Shown here piece after piece: positions 62,223-64,000 of a stretch of DNA of 64,000 bases. Where the stretch lies: assembly GCA_037447605.1 (NCBI GenBank), contig CM074804.1:3821909-3885908 (forward strand). Reading direction: 5' to 3'. The first letter of the stretch is position 1. Each line of letters begins with the position of its first letter. The DNA is from Zygnema circumcarinatum SAG 698-1b (taxonomy: Eukaryota > Plantae > Zygnematophyceae). The notes under the pieces were generated by a model. The model was not told the origin of the DNA. It did not search any database and saw only the letters and a list, made by a program, of their open reading frames with translations. Both the position numbers and the translations under genes were made by a program.

Positions 62223-62985
62223 GCCCCCTGCCTTCCGGGTGCTTGCCAGCAAAAGCGGTCAATGTATTGGTCATTACGGACATTCTCGCGCCAGTTCTGC
62301 CTGAAGCTGTCTCTACGTGGAGGCTTTGGAGGGAGTTTTCCTATTTGACTATAGGAGTAAAGCTGCAAGGTGGTACTTGGTTCCATTCTTTATCCCATCT
62401 CATGCTTCACATCTAGCTGAGGCTGGAGGCACGGTAGGCTTAGACTCAGAGACGGTGGTAGCGATGACGACCGCCTTGAAGGATTCAATTGACTCTACTG
62501 CAAGTGTCAAGTTGATGAAAAGGGGGGGAGAGCGAGGGAGAGGCCCACAGAAGGGAAAGAGGCGGAATGGCTTATGTAGCATTAATGTACGAATACCACG
62601 GCGGTAGCAGGAAGTAGCCTGATTCATTAGAGAGAGATCTGTGTGTATAGACATGTATAGCAGAACCTCACTATTGACAAAATTGGAAATTCCCTTTGTG
62701 GATACGTTGTCTGTTGGTGACTCTGCTGCAACTGCTTTTGTAATGTTTTCCTTTTTTTTTTTTTTTTTGAAGTCGGACTCATTCGCGGGAAAGCATGTGG
62801 TGATGCATGAGTGAAGGCGATTGTAAGACGCCTTAAACGTTGGAGTGGAAGCAAACTCAGGAGTCAAGCGGAAAAAAATGGCATTCCAACACATTCGAAA
62901 TCTTGTCACGCTCGACCTCACTTTCATTTGCTGGCGAGCTCACCATCGCCCTCCGCCACATCGCGCATATGCAGTATGAAAAGAT

Positions 62986-63483
62986 TTAAGGGCGGCGATT
63001 CCTCTTTGAAGAGACCAGAGCGATGTGCCTGCACCGGGTTACGTACACCACCTTTTGCGGTAGCAGTGATCCCCGCCACTGCACCGGTAGTCGTTCCAGA
63101 GCTGCCCCCGCAGGCACCTGCCGGCCCGAAGCATCGCGCAGGGTCAAGCAAGCACCGCCATGGCCGGTAGCAGCGATGGCCCACCACTCCTCGCGGGGGC
63201 GGCACCAGGACGAGCCCTCTACCGCCGTCCGTCGGACAGCGCAGCTGCCCGCACGAATGGCAAATAGCGGATCCTGATTGGCGGCAATTCCCTGCTCGCA
63301 CGGGCCGCAGCAGCGCAGGCAGAAACCGCTTCTTGAGTTTGCCTCTCTGAAGAAAGACCTTCCTCGCTCAGACCTCGCTGCCTCCTCTGAGTCCCCCCCT
63401 CCTGCCGCTATGCGCCCATGCCTCCCTCCCGGCAGCAGCCTGAGTACGGCTCTGCCTCTCTCCTGCTGCCGGACAGAGCCCAT
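62986..63483 (-). CDS. Unassigned 165-aa ORF (MGSVRQQERG...FCLRCCGPC...WWAIAATGHGG...), converging on LONRF
   Basis: Open GC-rich frame starting just downstream of a promoter-like region. No family recognised; it may be spliced or non-coding. Confidence 0.3.
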   Translation of the reverse strand: MGSVRQQERGRAVLRLLPGGRHGRIAAGGGDSEEAARSERGRSFFREANSRSGFCLRCCGPCEQGIAANQDPLFAIRAGSCAVRRTAVEGSSWCRPREEWWAIAATGHGGACLTLRDASGRQVPAGAALERLPVQWRGSLLPQKVVYVTRCRHIALVSSKRNRRP

Positions 63484-63822
63484 GCCATGGCCATGGCGCT
63501 CGCTCACCCACGAACCCTCCTCGAAGCTTCGCCCGACTCTCCTCCGTACGGACCCAACCCTCAGATTTTTTTCGTACACGTTCGTACAACTACAGTGGGG
63601 GGTCCTCGTATTTACCACCCCAAGGAGTGCGTCCTCAATATTTTCGCCCCGATTTTGCCGAAACCACCTTTTTGTACGGTAACTTGTGTTAGCCGTACTA
63701 TTCATACTGTTCGTACTAGCCGTACTATATGTACTAGCCGTTACGGGCTTCCGCAAAACTCACCTAATCTCCCCGCTCGTGCCGCCGTAAGAGGCGCTCG
63801 CCCTTCTCCCCTTCTTCCTGGC

Positions 63823-63992
63823 TTCGATACGATACGACACGGAACGATCGGTACGATACTTTACGATACTAGGCGATACGATACGAAACGCCCCGATATG
63901 GTATTGTCCGTACGAGCTGTACGAGCTGAGGCGAACAACAGAAAGCGGAAAACTACGTCTATGCGTCACGATATGTCACGATACGATACGAT
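63823..63992. repeat. Clustered (ACGAT/CGATA)n short repeats, possibly the subterminal region of a transposon continuing beyond the window
   Basis: More than 10 CGATA/ACGAT units within 170 bp at the right edge. Confidence 0.45.
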
Positions 63993-64000
63993 GCTAAATG

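Noticed and set aside
33-63969. The several hundred short six-frame ORFs
   Set aside because: Most are antisense shadows of real exons, intron read-throughs or low-complexity translations. Only frames joined by GT/GC-AG boundaries into recognisable proteins were kept.
1-64000. tRNA, rRNA, autonomous transposase/RT or viral genes
   Set aside because: No T-loop/cloverleaf pattern, rRNA-like sequence, or transposase, RT or capsid motifs found on either strand by manual reading.

Overview
Eukaryotic, gene-dense and intron-rich nuclear DNA. The proteins are plant-like (plant-type NF-YA, PH-OSBP, ARAD-like GT47, TPR-RING-LON), so a streptophyte alga or early-diverging green plant is the best inference; the species cannot be determined. 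I reconstructed 10 spliced genes by hand from GT/GC-AG boundaries and protein motifs: a DIS3-family exoribonuclease (-, runs off the left edge), Rab geranylgeranyltransferase beta (+), NF-YA (-), VPS45 (-), exostosin/GT47 (+), oxysterol-binding protein-related (+), CDC6 (+), DUF4291 (-), AAC4-like (+) and a Trm11/UPF0020-like RNA methyltransferase (-). An eleventh gene, LONRF-type TPR-RING-LON (+), and one unassigned ORF complete the set. Intergenic DNA holds small non-autonomous DNA transposons, including a nested set, plus promoter-associated satellites. The most interesting observations are: (i) the DIS3-family protein looks like the DIS3L1 paralogue that Arabidopsis lacks; (ii) an intron-poor, fungal-looking DUF4291 gene shares a divergent promoter packed with six ABRE/G-boxes with an AAC4-like, possibly nuclease-fold gene; (iii) a hAT-type MITE with an 8-bp TSD sits inside a larger inverted-repeat element; (iv) one gene carries both a U12-type intron and a GC-AG intron; (v) one intron is built from tandem copies of its own 5' splice site. 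No tRNA, rRNA or CRISPR was seen. All homology statements come from motif recognition and recollection, not from database searches.
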